Below are positions 26,791 to 40,981 of a stretch of 64,000 nucleotides of DNA, in pieces. The DNA is taken from assembly GCF_001194135.2 (NCBI RefSeq), contig NC_068982.1:14949460-15013459 (forward strand), written 5' to 3'. The notes beneath the pieces are model-generated. The model saw only the letters and a program-made list of their open reading frames with translations, was not told where the DNA came from and did no database searches. This DNA comes from Octopus bimaculoides (taxonomy: Eukaryota). Numbering within the stretch: the first letter of the stretch is position 1; each line of letters begins with the position of its first letter. Position numbers and translations under genes: made by a program.

Positions 26791-28387
26791 GATTGCCTAA
26801 TTGCCTCCCTGTTTGACTCTTGATTTTATTGCCCTCTACATGCTACTATTATAACTGTGGCTTAGCCACATGAATCCTTCAGCCACCATGTCTCTATGAA
26901 TAATGATTAAGTCTAGAAAATATATGACATTTTATCAATGCTATTTTAACAAATTGAAAATAAATACTGCCCATGAGACAATGCAAATTTATCAAAATCT
27001 CAAAATATTAATGGTGAACCTGTGTATCTCTTTGTGTTATGTGTAAGTTACATATAGATGTGTATGAGTGTGTAGTGTAAACTGCCTGTCAAAATATTTA
27101 AGTTATATAAGATCCAAATAAATGTCAGTGTTGAAAAAGTCAATGATATTCTGGAAAACTCCATCATCATCATCATCATCTTGTCTTTGTCCTCCCCTTC
27201 CTTCTTCATCATCATTATTACTGTCATCATATATCCATTTTGCTTTGCTTGTCTGGGTTGGATAGGTCTGCTCCAGTGTATGTTCTTGTCTCTGTCCTTT
27301 GTTATGAAGGTACATGGCTTGTTGGTGAGGATATTCAGCTCACAATTGTAAGATCTTGAGTTCAATTCTAGGTGCACATTGTGTCCTTGAGCAAGACGCT
27401 TTATTTCATGTTGCTGTACCTGTACTTCAAAGGGCCAGTCCCTTTGTCACACTGAAACTCCATGGGAACTTCAAGGGTACATGTGTCTGTGGAGTGCTCA
27501 GCCATTTGTACATCACGGGCCTGTTGTTCTGTTGATTGGGTTAACCAGAACCTTTGTCATTGTAACCGACGGAGTTCTACTTTTGTTTTGTCGTCTGATT
27601 CATGCAACAACGGAGAAAAGCATTACTCTTTGTTATTATGTATATCTTTCTCTTTTATATATATATTTACATGTATATAAGTAAATTCCTCTTATGATAT
27701 CAGGAAAGTTAATCATTGCTATGTCTGTTGTGGTTCCAATGTGGCTGCCATACTGTGAAATTCACAACTCAACATCTAAAATGTTTCACTGTTTTTTTTG
27801 TTGTTTTTTTTTTCTATTTCAATATATCAATATTTAATTAGTTTGTAGCAATAGTTTACAGTCTTTTTGGCTTCATGGTGTATGAAAAATAAAAGTTACT
27901 AACACACTTCATATAGAATGTTAAAAAGAAAAACTACGTTATGAAATTAAAAATTGAGAAAATAATACAGAAAACTATTGCTTACCATATTCTATTAATC
28001 ATGTTTATGTATTACAAAAATTACAACTTACACATTTTTCCAAGATGTTCAAGCATTATTATGGCTTTGCTTAAGCCTTAGATTTCATTTTTCAAAAGTC
28101 TTCGGCATGCTTCAGTATCGTTGGTTTGTAATACTATTTCTCATGTACCAAAGGTATTTTTGTCATTTCATTTTTTTTTTGTTTCGTTTTGGGTTTTTTT
28201 TTTTTTTTGCTGCTTATAAACCTTTACATTTTACACCTCATGCGTTGCCTACATACCATTATCATCATTGTTGTGGTTTTATGTTTCTTTTTCCCTGCTG
28301 GCATGGGTTGGATGATTTGTTGCAGTCTGACAGGTTTAGGTATGGTTGTGCAGTTAAGAAGCTTCCTTCCCAACCATGTAGTCTTAT

Positions 28388-29105
28388 CTTTCTTTTACTT
28401 GTTTCAATCATTAGACTACAGCCATACTGGAGCACTGCCTTGAAGAATTTTTAGTTGAATAATCAACCCCAGTACTTCATTTTTTTTTAAAGCCTAATAC
28501 TCAATTTATTGGTTTCTTTTGCTGAACCACTAAGTTACGAGGACGTAAACTCACCAACACTGGTTAAGTGGTGGAGTGAGGAGAGCAAACACAGACACAA
28601 AAACACATAGATATATAAATATATGTGTATACATATACAATGGGCTTCTTTCAGTTTCCTTCTACCTTGAGCAAATATCTTCTGCTTTAACCCAGGGCCA
28701 ACTAAAGCTTTATGAGTGTATTAGGTAGACTAAAAATCAAAGAAGCCTGTCATATATATGTGTGTATGTATATATATATATATCATCATCATCGTTTAAC
28801 ATCCGCTTTCCATGCTAGCATGGGCTGGACGATTTGACTGAGGACTGGTAAACCGGATAGCTGCACCAGGCTCCAATCTGATCTGGCAGAGTTTCTACAG
28901 CTGGATGCCCTTCCTAACACCAACCATTCTGAGAGTGTAGTGGGTGCTTTTACGTGCCACCGGCACAAGGGCCAGTCCAGCGGCACTGGTAACGACCTCG
29001 CTCAACCTTGCTCGTATGATCTTCTAGCATGCCAGTAAGGCGACGCTAGTAACGATCACGCTCAAATGGTGCTATATACGGGCCACTAGCATGGAAGCCA
29101 GACAG
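28388..29105 (-). mobile_element. Family A SINE part (28388-28660) and family C retroposon (28785-29105)
   Basis: Family motifs reverse-complemented; catcatcatcgtttaacatccgctttccatgctagc tail. Confidence 0.8.
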
Positions 29106-29111
29106 CTGCTC

Positions 29112-29152
<41 letters not shown>

Positions 29153-29863
29153 AATAAGGGCAAAAGAAAACAAATTTCTGTGCCAATATGCTAAAAAATA
29201 GACTTTAGATCGTCTAACCACATACAGTATTTTTCACTATAAATACACAGCATGTTAAAACGAGGAAAGCAAGCTAACAGAAATTTTTGAAATTCATTGT
29301 TTCCAAAATTTTTTCTTTTCCCTTATTTATAATTCTTTATAATTTTCACCTTTACAGGTATTTTAATATGCTGGCCACTGATAACATTTTCTTTGAAAAA
29401 TGTTATCCTTATATTAGAAGTATATATATATATATATATAATAAAGTAAAGTTGTGGAATACCGTACGAGTGGAAATATATATGAAAGAAGGTTTGAAAA
29501 TGCACCTATTTCTTTCAAAAATACCCATTTACTCAACCGGCTTCACCCCCCTTAACGTCATCAGCACTTGCTACCATTAAAAGAGATCCCAACTGCCTGC
29601 ATTGAAGTCTGCTCTGCAACTGATTTGTTTCGCAAGTTGTTTCCAATAGCCATTATAGGTTCGCCCATTGGTCAGTTTACTCAATCAGCCCAGTGATCAG
29701 TTGAGAAAAATTCCACGACCTTATAGAATTGACACTATTCTCTTTGGAGTCAGAGTATTATATACCCATAGAAATGACATGTGCAAAGTCAAGAGTACAT
29801 TTAAGTACCCGAAATATATCCAAATAGAAATTCTGTAGCAAGCCTCAACACACGTGTAGACGG

Positions 29864-29983
<120 letters not shown>

Positions 29984-31179
29984 ACACATATGTATGAGAG
30001 TGTATACCCTCCTCTTGATATCATGTGATGGTCATAAATGAGCATAGTTGTCATACAGGTGATCTTGTTTGTTTCCAGTCTTCTATGAAAAACATGTCTT
30101 GGCATGGAAAAACAGGTGTGGCTTAGAAACAGGTAAAGGTTGGTAACAGAAAAAGCACCCAGCCTTTAAAAAAAATACGCTTCACCAAACTCTGTCTCAC
30201 CCATGCTAGCATAGAAAAAAAGACATTAAATGATGATGTTGATGATGACAACAACAATGATGATGAGGATGATGATAATATCATTGCCACCACTGTTGAT
30301 GACAATTTAGTTCTTATTTGAAGTTGTTGTTCTCTTGGACAGATCAGAGATCATGTTTTGCTTGTACATTCCATTTTTGGCATGGTTTCAATAACTGGGT
30401 ATCTTTCTTAATGCCAACCACTTTACAGAGTGTACTGGGTGCAGTTTATAGGAAAGTATGTCAGTTAAATGGCATATACTGGAAATATATATCTAATGTT
30501 CAGAAAAGTTCAGTTCCCAGCAGGTTATTTGGGCAATACTAGCTATCATTTATACAGGTAAATGTTTTAATGCAGTTCGTTTATTAACTAACTCATTACA
30601 TTTACTGATAAATAGTCTTCTTTTTTTTTTGGATATGTGAAACTGAGCTTGACAATGTTGGCAGCACTAACTTACATTCCAAACTTTTAGCACAGATTTA
30701 TCATTTTTTACTAATAAAATCTAAATCTCTTCCGCTTCCTCCTCCTTCTTCTTCTCCTCATCCCCTTCTTCTCCCTCCATGTCATAGATCTCATTGCAGA
30801 TGCTGCAACCAAATATAATTGGTGGTTTGGGATCCAGGGAGTGGGGATTATCGTCCACCATCACTATCATTATCCTTACATAATTGTAATTGTAACAGTT
30901 TTTGCTATCATGGATGCTTTCAAGACGGCAGTTGTTCTTTTGAAGTTGCTATTCATTTTCTAGTTGGCAGAGATTGCTGTGGTAGTGGTATTATCTACAT
31001 TAAAAGCTAATTTTGTATATACCATTCCATAATCATCTGTAAAATCAAGTAAACAACCTTCTGGTATAACAGTTCCTCACTTTGGCACAAAACTGCAAAC
31101 TTGAAGGAAAGAGGTTTGGTTAACTGAATTAACTCTAATACATGCCCTGCCCAGCACTTAAAATAATGATGCATTAGAG

Positions 31180-31467
31180 CAGTGGTTACCAACCTTTTGG
31201 GGGCTGCTGCCCCATAGGCACCTGGGCCACATTTCTGGTGCCCATCACCACCATTGACCACCACAAACATAGACCACTTTCTGCAACAAACTCAAAACAT
31301 TTGTATTTCACAAATAAATTTTAACCTAATTAACCCATTGTTTTAGTTTCTTTTACATCCATTGCCCTTTTTTGGGCCACCCCATTATCACCCCTCTTCA
31401 TTGCAGGTCCCCTGGATCTTTCTACTCCCTCCAAGTGGGGCAGTACTGATCACTTTGTGAATCACTA
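31180..31467. mobile_element. hAT-type MITE (family shared with 56206)
   Basis: CAGTGGTTACCAACC terminus and degenerate GTGAATCACTA end; the internal cacaaacata...gtatttcacaaataaa..aacctaat.aacccatt block recurs at 56206-56470. Confidence 0.65.
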
Positions 31468-31891
31468 TTAGAATACTGTATACATTACAGCAGGGGCTCT
31501 TGAACCAGGTACACATACCCAGGACTAGATTAAGACCCACAGAGACACTAAGAACTTAAAAGATGTTGGTGCCATCATATACATGTTATTCAAAATATAA
31601 ACAATAATAAGCCATAGAATAAATTTTTATTTTTCAAAATGAAACAAAACCATCAATAACATTAAAAATAATGTTTAACTTTGTAAACTTCTACTTTATT
31701 ATATTAAAAAGTTTCCTCCTACTTTTTTTTCATTGCAAAGTCTTTGATCAGATCCTCACTATGACACCATGAACACATCAAAAATATATTTCCAATCATA
31801 TGAAAACCACTTCAAATATTAATTTAGCAAGTTTAAAGTGATTAAATAGCTTATGTCACAAAAGTGCCATAAACTACTTATCATTTCTGAG

Positions 31892-31922
<31 letters not shown>

Positions 31923-32290
31923 TTCCCTTGACATCCTAAGCATCGCCTTATTTTGCTTAATGGTTAATCCAGCACTGCACATACCATTAATGATATGCAA
32001 AAGAGACTGTGGGGTAACATGAGTTTTATAAAAGCAATGGAATTATCAAGGAATCACAACGAAATGCAACCTAGATGCCTTAAAAATGTTTGGAGAACAT
32101 TTTGGTGTTCCTGTCCATCCATTTATTGTTGGTTTGCAGTAATGTGTATATTGGAAAATTAAATTTCATGCAAATACTGTCGAATGATGTGTTGAGGAGC
32201 CTCTCTGAAACTATGCCTAGAATTGAGTTTCTTGTTAGAAAATGCCAAGCTCATTCTTCTCATTAAAATGTAACATCATCATCATCATCA

Positions 32291-32566
32291 TCATCATCAT
32301 TGTTTGACGTCTGCTTTCCATGCTAGCATGGTTTGGACGATTTGACTGAGGACTGGCAAGCCAGGCTCCAATCTGATTTGGCAGAGTTTCTACAGCTGGA
32401 TGCCCTTCCTAACACCAACTACTCCAAGAGTTTAGTGGTTGCTTTTACATGCCACCGGCACAAAAGCCAGTCAAGCGGTACTGGCAACGGCCATGCTCAG
32501 AATGGTGTATTTTACGTGCCACCTGCACAGGAGCCAGTCCAGTGGCACTGGCAACGATCTCGCTAA
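32291..32566 (-). mobile_element. Family C RTE-related retroposon
   Basis: (CAT)n tail, ttccatgctagcatgg...gcagagtttctacagctggatgcccttcctaacacc. Confidence 0.85.
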
Positions 32567-32662
32567 ACTAAATTAAATTACGGAGATATTCTTTCATGGC
32601 AAGTGTTTTAAAGTGAGACCATGTGCTGAAATCACTGTGCTTGCAGCACAGATGACATGAGT

Positions 32663-32852
32663 TAGCCATTCAGAAATACGCAAAGATTGTTAACTTCACT
32701 TAAATATTTATTTGTAATAAGGTGTCAAAATTTCAGTTAGTTTAAACTGCAACCAAGTCACTGATACAAAATGTGCAACAAAAATTTTGACATCATATTG
32801 CAAATAAATGTTGAAGTGAAGTTAATGGTCTTGGTGGGTTTCTGAACGGCTA
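32663..32852. mobile_element. Old MITE/foldback, ~71-bp inverted arms at about 80% identity
   Basis: tagccattcagaaa...gtcaaaattt versus aaattttgac...tttctgaacggcta. Confidence 0.65.
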
Positions 32853-32891
32853 CCATGTTGCAATCAGTAAATAAAATTAATTTCTTACATA

Positions 32892-33106
32892 TGAGGGTGT
32901 GCTGAAAAGTTCCTGGCTTTGGATAAAAGAAAATACAGGAGGATCAGTTAATCATGATTTTATTCAACATATTCCCCTCTCAAATTCACACACTTATTGC
33001 AAGTCTTTCAGTCTTTCTAAGCACTTTAAAAGAACTCAGATGGTTGGGCCTCCAATCAGGCCTTTCATGACACTCTTAAAGCCAGGAACTTTCCAGCATC
33101 CCCTGG
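32892..33106. mobile_element. Tc1/mariner-type MITE
   Basis: TA|TGAGGGTGTGCTGAAAAGTTCCTGGCTTT ... AAAGCCAGGAACTTTCCAGCATCCCCTGG|TA; ~29-bp TIRs, TA TSD. Confidence 0.85.
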
Positions 33107-35144
33107 TAAGCACAAGGCTAGAAACTGGATGTGTGACAGTGATTTTTATAAATCCCTTGTACTTAACCGGTCTTTTATTTTATCAATTGTAGAAGGATGA
33201 AAGACAAAGTTTGAACACAGCAGAATTCAAACTCTTTAAATTAAATTAATAACAAATAATATGTGTTGTCTATTCTATGATATCCACCCATATCACATTT
33301 TATTCTACCTGGGGGCACACTGACATTACTAGACATAATGAAGGGTTATGATGGAAGAAAATATTTGAGAATTCCTGCTTTAGAAGAACAGAGTTGTACC
33401 TAATACTGGTTTCAAATTTTAGCACAAGGCCAGCAATTTCGGGGGGAGGGGGCAAGTCAATTCCATCGATCCCAATGCCTTATTTTATTGACCCCAAAAC
33501 GATGAAAGGCAAAGTCAACCTCATCGGTATTTGAACTCAGAATGCAGAGACAGACAAAATGCCACTGAACTTTTTGCCCCGCATGCCAACAATTTTGCCA
33601 GCTTACTGCCTTTAGTTGTATTATTAACGGTTAAACATTATAAATGTTATTGGTGTTAGGCCAATGATACTGAAATACTGATTACTGAATGATAATGTGG
33701 ATGGCAGTTATTTTCCAGTGTAGAGTGGCCTTATTTGTTGCTACACAGAAGTTTTTTCTACACATGCACTTACGGAAATGCATGTTTGTTGCTTTTGGAT
33801 ATGTTTCTGTAGGTTGATTTAGAAAGAAAACTGTTAACATTCTAATAAATTTGAAATGTACCAGAACATATGTGGTTTTATTTTGATTTCTCTTTGGCAA
33901 GGAGTAACTTGAGGTGGCTGCCAGGTGTATTTTTGTTTCGTTTATCTGTACAGAATGGTAACTATTTTTTAAACGTATTGTTTTTTGTAGAATCTCAGGA
34001 GGTTTTGATATAAGATACACGGATTATCAAGAGAGCATCCATAATTGTCTCTGGACTATCACCATCACCACCTCCTGTTTCAGGAATTTTCTGCAATTTT
34101 TAGAATGTTTGTTGGAATGCCCAGTTTGAATAATAACATATGTGATAATTCTATTTATATAAATTTGCAATTACAGCTAATAATATTCTCGGAGTTACCT
34201 ACAGCTTCAAAACAATTTGCATTTAGCAGCAGTGAATACACTGATTTGTGCTACATTTCATTATTTTGATTCTAGGGTCATTCTTTTATTAGATTGTTTG
34301 TTTAATCCTGTTGTTATCCTCTGAGATATACCATCTGTGTGTTTCAGTTAATTTTAAAAATAATCAAAAATTAAAAGATATTTAATAAAATACTTTGTCA
34401 TTTATTTGACATCATTTGGTACATAACTAAACAAAAGGTTCTTGTATAAACTTCAATGGATATTTTTCCTCTGAATAAGATATTTTTTTCAAACTCCAGC
34501 ATATTCTGTACACTGTTATTACAATGTCTTACTTTGAGACACTGTTACAATATGACCATTTAGCACTGTATAAAGGAGTAGGTTACACAAGGCTCTCCTT
34601 GTTTTTATGTACTTGATAGATAGAAGAAAAGAAATGGTCATGTAGATAAAATAATATGACTCCATCTCAGAGAGAGTTCAAATATGTTGCAGACAACCCA
34701 AGGTGTTTCTGTGCAGAACACTTTATTCTTCAGTACATCAGTTAAGCTACTTGACAGAAACAGGCACCAGATCTTGTCTATATGTAAACTGTGATAGACT
34801 AGTATCCTAGTCAAGGGAAGATTTATCTTTAATTTGTTTCTTATATCCATCAACTTCTATAACAATTTTTAACAATCTGGATGTGTTATACCTGCATATA
34901 CACGCAAAGAAACATTGACATTATTGTATATTCTACTATGTTGTATATCATGTGATCACATGATTGGATGTTGTTATACATTGCTGGTCACAGTGCACTT
35001 GGCACTGTTTTATCTTCTGAATGATGCCACCTCAGTGGCTAGGCAACCAGGCCGACTTTCCTCCTGTTCAGATGGCTACTTTGTCACAGAGTTACCCATT
35101 TACAGCTAAGTGAACTAGAGCAACGTGAAATGAAAATATAGGCA

Positions 35145-35303
35145 AAGGATTAAAATTAATCAAAGGACATACTAGGTATGTCTACCTGCTGGAAATAACA
35201 GTCAAAACTCTTATTTAATGAGCCAATTGGCAATTTAAATAAGAGTTTTACTGTTATTTCCAGCAGGTAGACATACCTAGTCCTTTGATTAATTTTAATC
35301 CTT
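35145..35303. repeat. Near-perfect palindrome, ~70-bp arms, ~16-nt self-complementary loop
   Basis: Arms differ only by a 4-nt and a 1-nt bulge; the loop contains gccaattggc. Confidence 0.95.
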
Positions 35304-35625
35304 CAGCTATTTAATGCTTTTTTGAGGGCCTGCAATCGCCTATATTATTGATTCTGTTATCATTTTTAAATTGTTACACTAGATAATGATAGAGTCAATG
35401 ATATCCTTGCAAATATTTTCTTCTGAACTATTTGCTCCATATATGTATGTGTGTGTGTATGTATGTATACACATGCATGCACACACACACACACATATTT
35501 GAAATTATGAATGGAAAAGAAAGCACTCAATGAATGCATTGAATTTCTTCATTTATTTGAAGGTGAGGCTTTTCTCCATCACTCTCTGACTTGACTTTTG
35601 CTTTGGCTTCAAATAATTTAATAAC

Positions 35626-35661
<36 letters not shown>

Positions 35662-36140
35662 AATTCTTCTAACGAAGAAACTGGTTTCTAACTAAGAAAT
35701 GAAATTACATCGTTGCTATTTAGACAACAACAGCAACAACAAGAAAGAAGTTACATGTGGAATTTTAGAAAAAGACTTACATGTTTTTGTGTTGTGTTGC
35801 TTTCATGTTTGCAGAGCGCTTGTCAGGTGGCCTTTTCCTTTACTCAAAAAGCATTATGCAATGCAATGCATTGTTATGTTCAGTTGTTGTTGTTGTTATG
35901 TATGTATGTTATTAAGTTTTATTTCAAGATTTGTTGCCAATAGAGAAAGAGCCAGTTTTTAATCCAGATCCAAGGCTCCTTCATTGGAATTCCAACAATA
36001 TCAATCCTCCTCGAGAAATTCCGTCTGATCCATGCATGCATGGAAAAATGGACGTAAAAACGATGATGACAATGATGTATACACAAGCGTCTATACATGA
36101 TAATAACCACACTTACATTCTCTTATATATATATAAACAA

Positions 36141-36188
<48 letters not shown>

Positions 36189-36789
36189 GTGCATGCGCAC
36201 ATACAGAGGTGTATAAGTTTATCCATGAATCGTACATCCAAAATGTACTCGTATATAAATAGCTATCCTCTGTGTGTGTGTGTGTGTCTGTGTGTGTAGT
36301 AAGCTTATGAAAGAATTAAGCTTCCTTAGTAGTTAACAATGAGCAGATGTTCTTGAATACAGATATCTTGAAATATCAATAGGCTTGTTAAGCATTTCTA
36401 CAATTCTAAAATGTTATATCAAGGAACTCTGTGAACTGATCAACATCTTCAGTAGCAGTGGTGGCGGTGGTGGTGGTGAGAAATGCAAATCTAACAGCTG
36501 TGAATTTTTCCATGGGTATCTGTAGAGCTTGCGATGCTGGTGGTGGTGTTGGTGGTGGTGGTGTGGTTGAGATGGTGATGGTAGTGTGGTTTGATGTTGA
36601 GTACTCTTACAACCATTTCACATACCTTCAGTCTTGACTGGAATAATATTCCGCACACAAGTGTAGAAAATAACACATACATACACATATATATATGTGC
36701 ATATGCTTTATGACAAATGCATACAAAGAATTCTCTCTCCCTCCGTCTCTGTCTCTCCTACACACATACACATGCACACACACACACAC

Positions 36790-36820
36790 ATGCACTTCAA
36801 ACTGCATACATACACAAATA

Positions 36821-36855
<35 letters not shown>

Positions 36856-37150
36856 ATATATTCACTTTTAAGAACATACATATACATACAGTCACACACA
36901 GACACACACTTATAACTGCATATACATATATATNNNNNNNNNNNNNNNNNNNNNNNNNNNNNNNNNNNNNNNNNNNNNNNNNNNNNNNNNNNNNNNNNNN
37001 NNNNNNNNNNNNNNNNNNNNNNNNNNNNNNNNNNNNNNNNTATATATATTCACTTTTAAGAACATACAAATACATACACACACAACTGCATACATATGCA
37101 AACATACAGTTTATTCACTTTTAAGAACACACACACACACACACACACTC
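36790..37150. repeat. Complex AC-rich tandem repeat spanning N-gap 36934-37040
   Basis: tattcacttttaagaacatac unit at ~36860, ~37048 and ~37112. Confidence 0.75.
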
Positions 37151-38377
37151 ACTATTGCAAAGAATTTAAGATGTTGTTATGGTTACGATGGTTTAGCTCC
37201 TGGTCAGCTTTGGTTGAGCAGTTCTATGATCAAAGATGTACCACTTTTGCTCAGCTTTTATTCAGGCATTGTATATCTAGGACTACACTATTGATTATGT
37301 CCTTGCTCTTTTATCGTGCTGTGGTGAGATTGGAGAGAAATAAAGCTGCGATTGCTATAAAGGTGAACAGCTGCATACTGGCTCCCTTGTATTCATATTT
37401 GATCTCAGTTCAAAGTCGGTTTTAAATGTCTGTGCCTTACAGAGTCAAGTCATCTTCCCATTATAGCACAGGAAACCAACATTTGACCTCCAGTTCCTCA
37501 TGCCAGCATGAATGCTTCAGTCATTTGACTGTGGTCATGCTGGGGCACTGCCTTGAAGAATTTTAGTCAAACAGATCAATCCCGGTACTTATTCTTTTTT
37601 AAGCCTGGTACCTATTCTATCAGTCTCTTTTTGGTGAACTGCTATGTTGCTGGGATATAAACACACCTACACCAGTTACCAAATAGTGGTGGACAGAACA
37701 AACACAGACACAAAGATATACTTACAGGCACACACACACACACATACATATATATATACATGACTTCTCAAATGATTTTTCAGTCCCGTTGTGGATCTGC
37801 ACAGTTTAAAGTATAGGTGACTTTCTGTGTGGTTTCAACTGGGAAGGTCTACAGACATCGCCACTCTTCCATTACATTACGACTTTCTGTAGATGTGATA
37901 ACATATGAGTTCACCTTAAAGAGACCTCTGTATGTCATTGGGTTATGGGGATAAACGCTTATACAATGCAAGTGCTACTCTCTGAGTCTCCGTAAACTGT
38001 ATGTAGTAACAGACCATGCAGGTCCTACATCAGAGTGTCCCTATCCTAGATGGATATTGTAGCAACAGCTTGGGGTCTATCAATCCTGGTGGTTTTACTG
38101 CATGCCCTGACACCAGCCAAGGGTATTTCTACACCCCCATGCTCAGATGGATTGTCATTACATATGCTAGTTAACCCAAACAGGGGCTACTACTCTGGGT
38201 CTGAGTAGACCAGAGAACAATAGTGGCTAAGAGGTGGTTCCACATTCCTTGAAACCCTCAAACTCCCAAACCAGAGCCCTACCACTGCATGCAGTTTAAG
38301 GTCATACCCAGCACATACATGCACAAATGCATGTGCATTCATACATACATATTTATATACATACATATACACACACG

Positions 38378-38603
38378 TAGCTGGCAGAAACGTTAGCATG
38401 CCGGGCGAAATGCTTAGAGGTATTTCGTCTGCTGTTACATTCTGAGTTCAAATTCCGCCGAGGTCAAGTTTGCCTTTCATCTTTTCAGGGTTGATTAGAT
38501 AAGTACCAGTTATGCACTGGGGGTTGATGTAATCAACTTAATCCCTCTGTCTGTCCTTGTTTGTCCCCTCTGTGTTTAGCCACCCTGTGGGCAATAAAGA
38601 AAT
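38378..38603 (+). mobile_element. Family B SINE
   Basis: agctggcagaaacgttagcatgccgggcgaaatgcttagaggtatttcgtc...gagttcaaattccgcc...gggcaataaagaaat. Confidence 0.85.
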
Positions 38604-39328
38604 GTATATATAATACATACACTCACACACCTATTGAGGAAGAGAGAGAGAGAGCGGTGCCAGGCCTAATTGTTGTTACCAAATGAGAAAAACCCTTAAA
38701 GTGGCTCTAAAATCACTGCATTTGTGAGAGCCATGTGTGATAAATACAATATTGATTTCTTATATTGGCAGGAGGCTGTGAGATAAATAACGTATTGATT
38801 TGATTGATTAATTGATTGGTTCTACATTAAGTGATGGAATTTTATTAGTGTTCCTTTCAAGCAGGGGAAAATTCTTCTGTTGAAATGACAAACATAATAT
38901 CTATCTATGCATCGCTATATCTGTCTGTTTGTCTGTTTGCTTGTTTATCTTGCATGCTTCTACCATTCTTTGCCTTTCTGACTACAATCCTGTCTATTTC
39001 TTTCAATATCGGCCCGGTCTACTTCTCTTTGATTTTTTCCACCTGCATCTGTTTTCCTCCACCTTTCTCTGTATCTCTCTTCTTTTTTCTCTTTCTCACT
39101 CTCACACACACTCTTCTTCTCTGCCATGTATCCTGACTGCATACCCACCTCCTATTTCGCTCTCTATTCCCTGCTTCTCTTCCTCTTCCTTCCTTCCTTT
39201 TTGTCTCTACCACTCTCCTCTTCCCTCTCCTCTCATCTTTTCCCTGCTCCCCACCAACATTATAACCACTTAAAATGCAAATACTTTCTCTATCTTATCA
39301 GCTGCCTCATTGTTTCCCAAAGTTAACT

Positions 39329-39373
<45 letters not shown>

Positions 39374-39754
39374 GTAATAATAATAATAATAATAACGATA
39401 ATAAATTGTCCATTACATAACCAGATAAATCAATAGAAATGTCATTCACCAAAACCAAGATTTCAATGAGAATAATAGCCTGCTGGCTTCTTAGGAAACA
39501 CTGTTCTTGTGTTGAAATCATTGCAGATTTTAGCATAATCAACTGAAAGGAAATTACTGCTAACTTAGAGTACAATTTATATTTGGTGGATATAATGACA
39601 AATGGAATTATTTTAACATCTTAAATTTCACTTCAGCTTTTAATTCAGTTGTTTTGGTTGCCTCTGCTGTTGTTGTTTAGCTCCAAATCAATCCTGACCG
39701 AGCAGACTTAGGTTCAAGCGCATTTGACCAGCAAGCATCCTGGGGTATATTCTT

Positions 39755-40166
39755 TTACTCTTTTACTTGTTTCAGTCATTTGACTGTGGCCATGCTGGAG
39801 CACTGCCTTTTAGTCGAGCAAATCGACCCCAGAACTTATTCTTTGGAAGCCCAGTACTTATTCTATCGGTCTCTTTTGCCAAACCGCTAAGTTACAGGGA
39901 CGTAAACACACCACCATCGGTTGTCAAGCGATGCTGGGGGGGGGGGGGGGGACAAACACAGACACACAAACATATACACATACATACATATGTATATATA
40001 TACAACGAGCTTCTTTCAGTTTCCTTCTACCAAATCCACTCACAAGGCTTTGGTCGGCCTGAGGCTATAGTAGAAGACACTTGCCCGAAGTGCCATGCAG
40101 TGGGAATGAACCCGGAAACATGTGGTTGGTAAGCAAGCTATTTACCACACAGCCACTCCTACGCCT
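39755..40166 (-). mobile_element. Family A SINE, full length
   Basis: Complete, near-consensus copy ending acacagccactcctacgcc. Confidence 0.9.
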
Positions 40167-40305
40167 AATGCATAAATTGAGGGAAATATAGCTGCTATTT
40201 CTTGTAAGCCTAACAAGTGTATAGGACACTGGTCCTCAACTAGGGTTCATATGAACCTTTGGGGGTCCATACAAGATTTTGTTGTGAAAATTCATGGGCA
40301 ATTTA

Positions 40306-40690
40306 TAGGTGCAGGAGTGGCTTTATAGGCTGAGGAATGGCTGTATGACAAGAAGCTTGCTTCCCAACCAAATGGTTCCTGGTTCAGTCCCACTGCATGG
40401 CATCTTGGGCAAGTGTCTTCTACTGTATCCTTGGGCCATCCAAAGCCTTGTGAGAGGATTTGGTAGACAAAAACTGAAAGACGTCCACCGTGTGTGTGTT
40501 TGTCATCCCACCATCACTTGACAGCCGATGTTGGTGTGTTTATGTGCCCATAATGTAGCGGTTCAGCAATAGAGACCAATAGAATAAGTACCAGGCTTCC
40601 AAAGAATAAGTCCTGGGATCGATTTGTTTGAATAAAGGTGGTGCTCCAGCATGGCCACAGTCAAATGAATGAAACAAAAGAATAAAAGAA
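40306..40690 (+). mobile_element. Family A SINE inserted in an hAT-MITE relic (starts ~40229)
   Basis: ggtgcaggagtggct...ccagcatggccacagtcaaatgaatgaaacaaaagaataaaagaata. The preceding cactggtcctcaactagggttcatatgaacctttgggggtccatacaagatt matches the 52328 MITE. Confidence 0.85.
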
Positions 40691-40761
40691 TAAATTGGGT
40701 CTACTTCTGCAATACCCAAAATATTTTAACAATTTTTTATGCAATTCCTTAAACTATTTAA

Positions 40762-40981
40762 CCCTTTAGCATTTAAACTCACCATATCCAGCCAAAATAT
40801 TCTACCTGTTTTATGTTCAAACTGGCCACATCTGGCCTCTCACGCGAACCCTACAATATGACTGTAAGAATTAACAGTTACCTCATCAACATCTCAAAGC
40901 TGCAAGATAATGCATGATTAATTCAAAACGACGAGAATAAATGAGCATTACTTTTGATAGAATAATATGAATGCTAAAGGG
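40762..40981. mobile_element. piggyBac-type MITE (TTAA TSD)
   Basis: TTAA|CCCTTTAGCAT ... ATGCTAAAGGG|TTAA; same family as 58840-59222 (opposite orientation). Confidence 0.8.

Noticed and set aside
30760-31040. Exon-like acceptors on both strands with a purine-rich stretch
   Set aside because: All frames hit stops within ~25-80 codons and no product is recognisable.
33682-34020. 112-aa minus-strand ORF (and 101-aa ORF 58038..58343)
   Set aside because: No recognisable motif or convincing splice pairing; length is within chance range in AT-rich DNA. BLASTX could overturn this.
37831-37851. GFNWEGL peptide resembling the C-terminus of cGMP-dependent protein kinase
   Set aside because: Only 7 residues; flanks do not match, stops are nearby, and no other kinase exon is present.
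39767-40132. Recurrent ORFs such as MFQSFDCGHAGALP...SFAKPLSYRDVNTP and LQSDLAEFLQLDALPNANH
   Set aside because: Chance frames through SINE families A and C; the same text recurs with stops in other copies.
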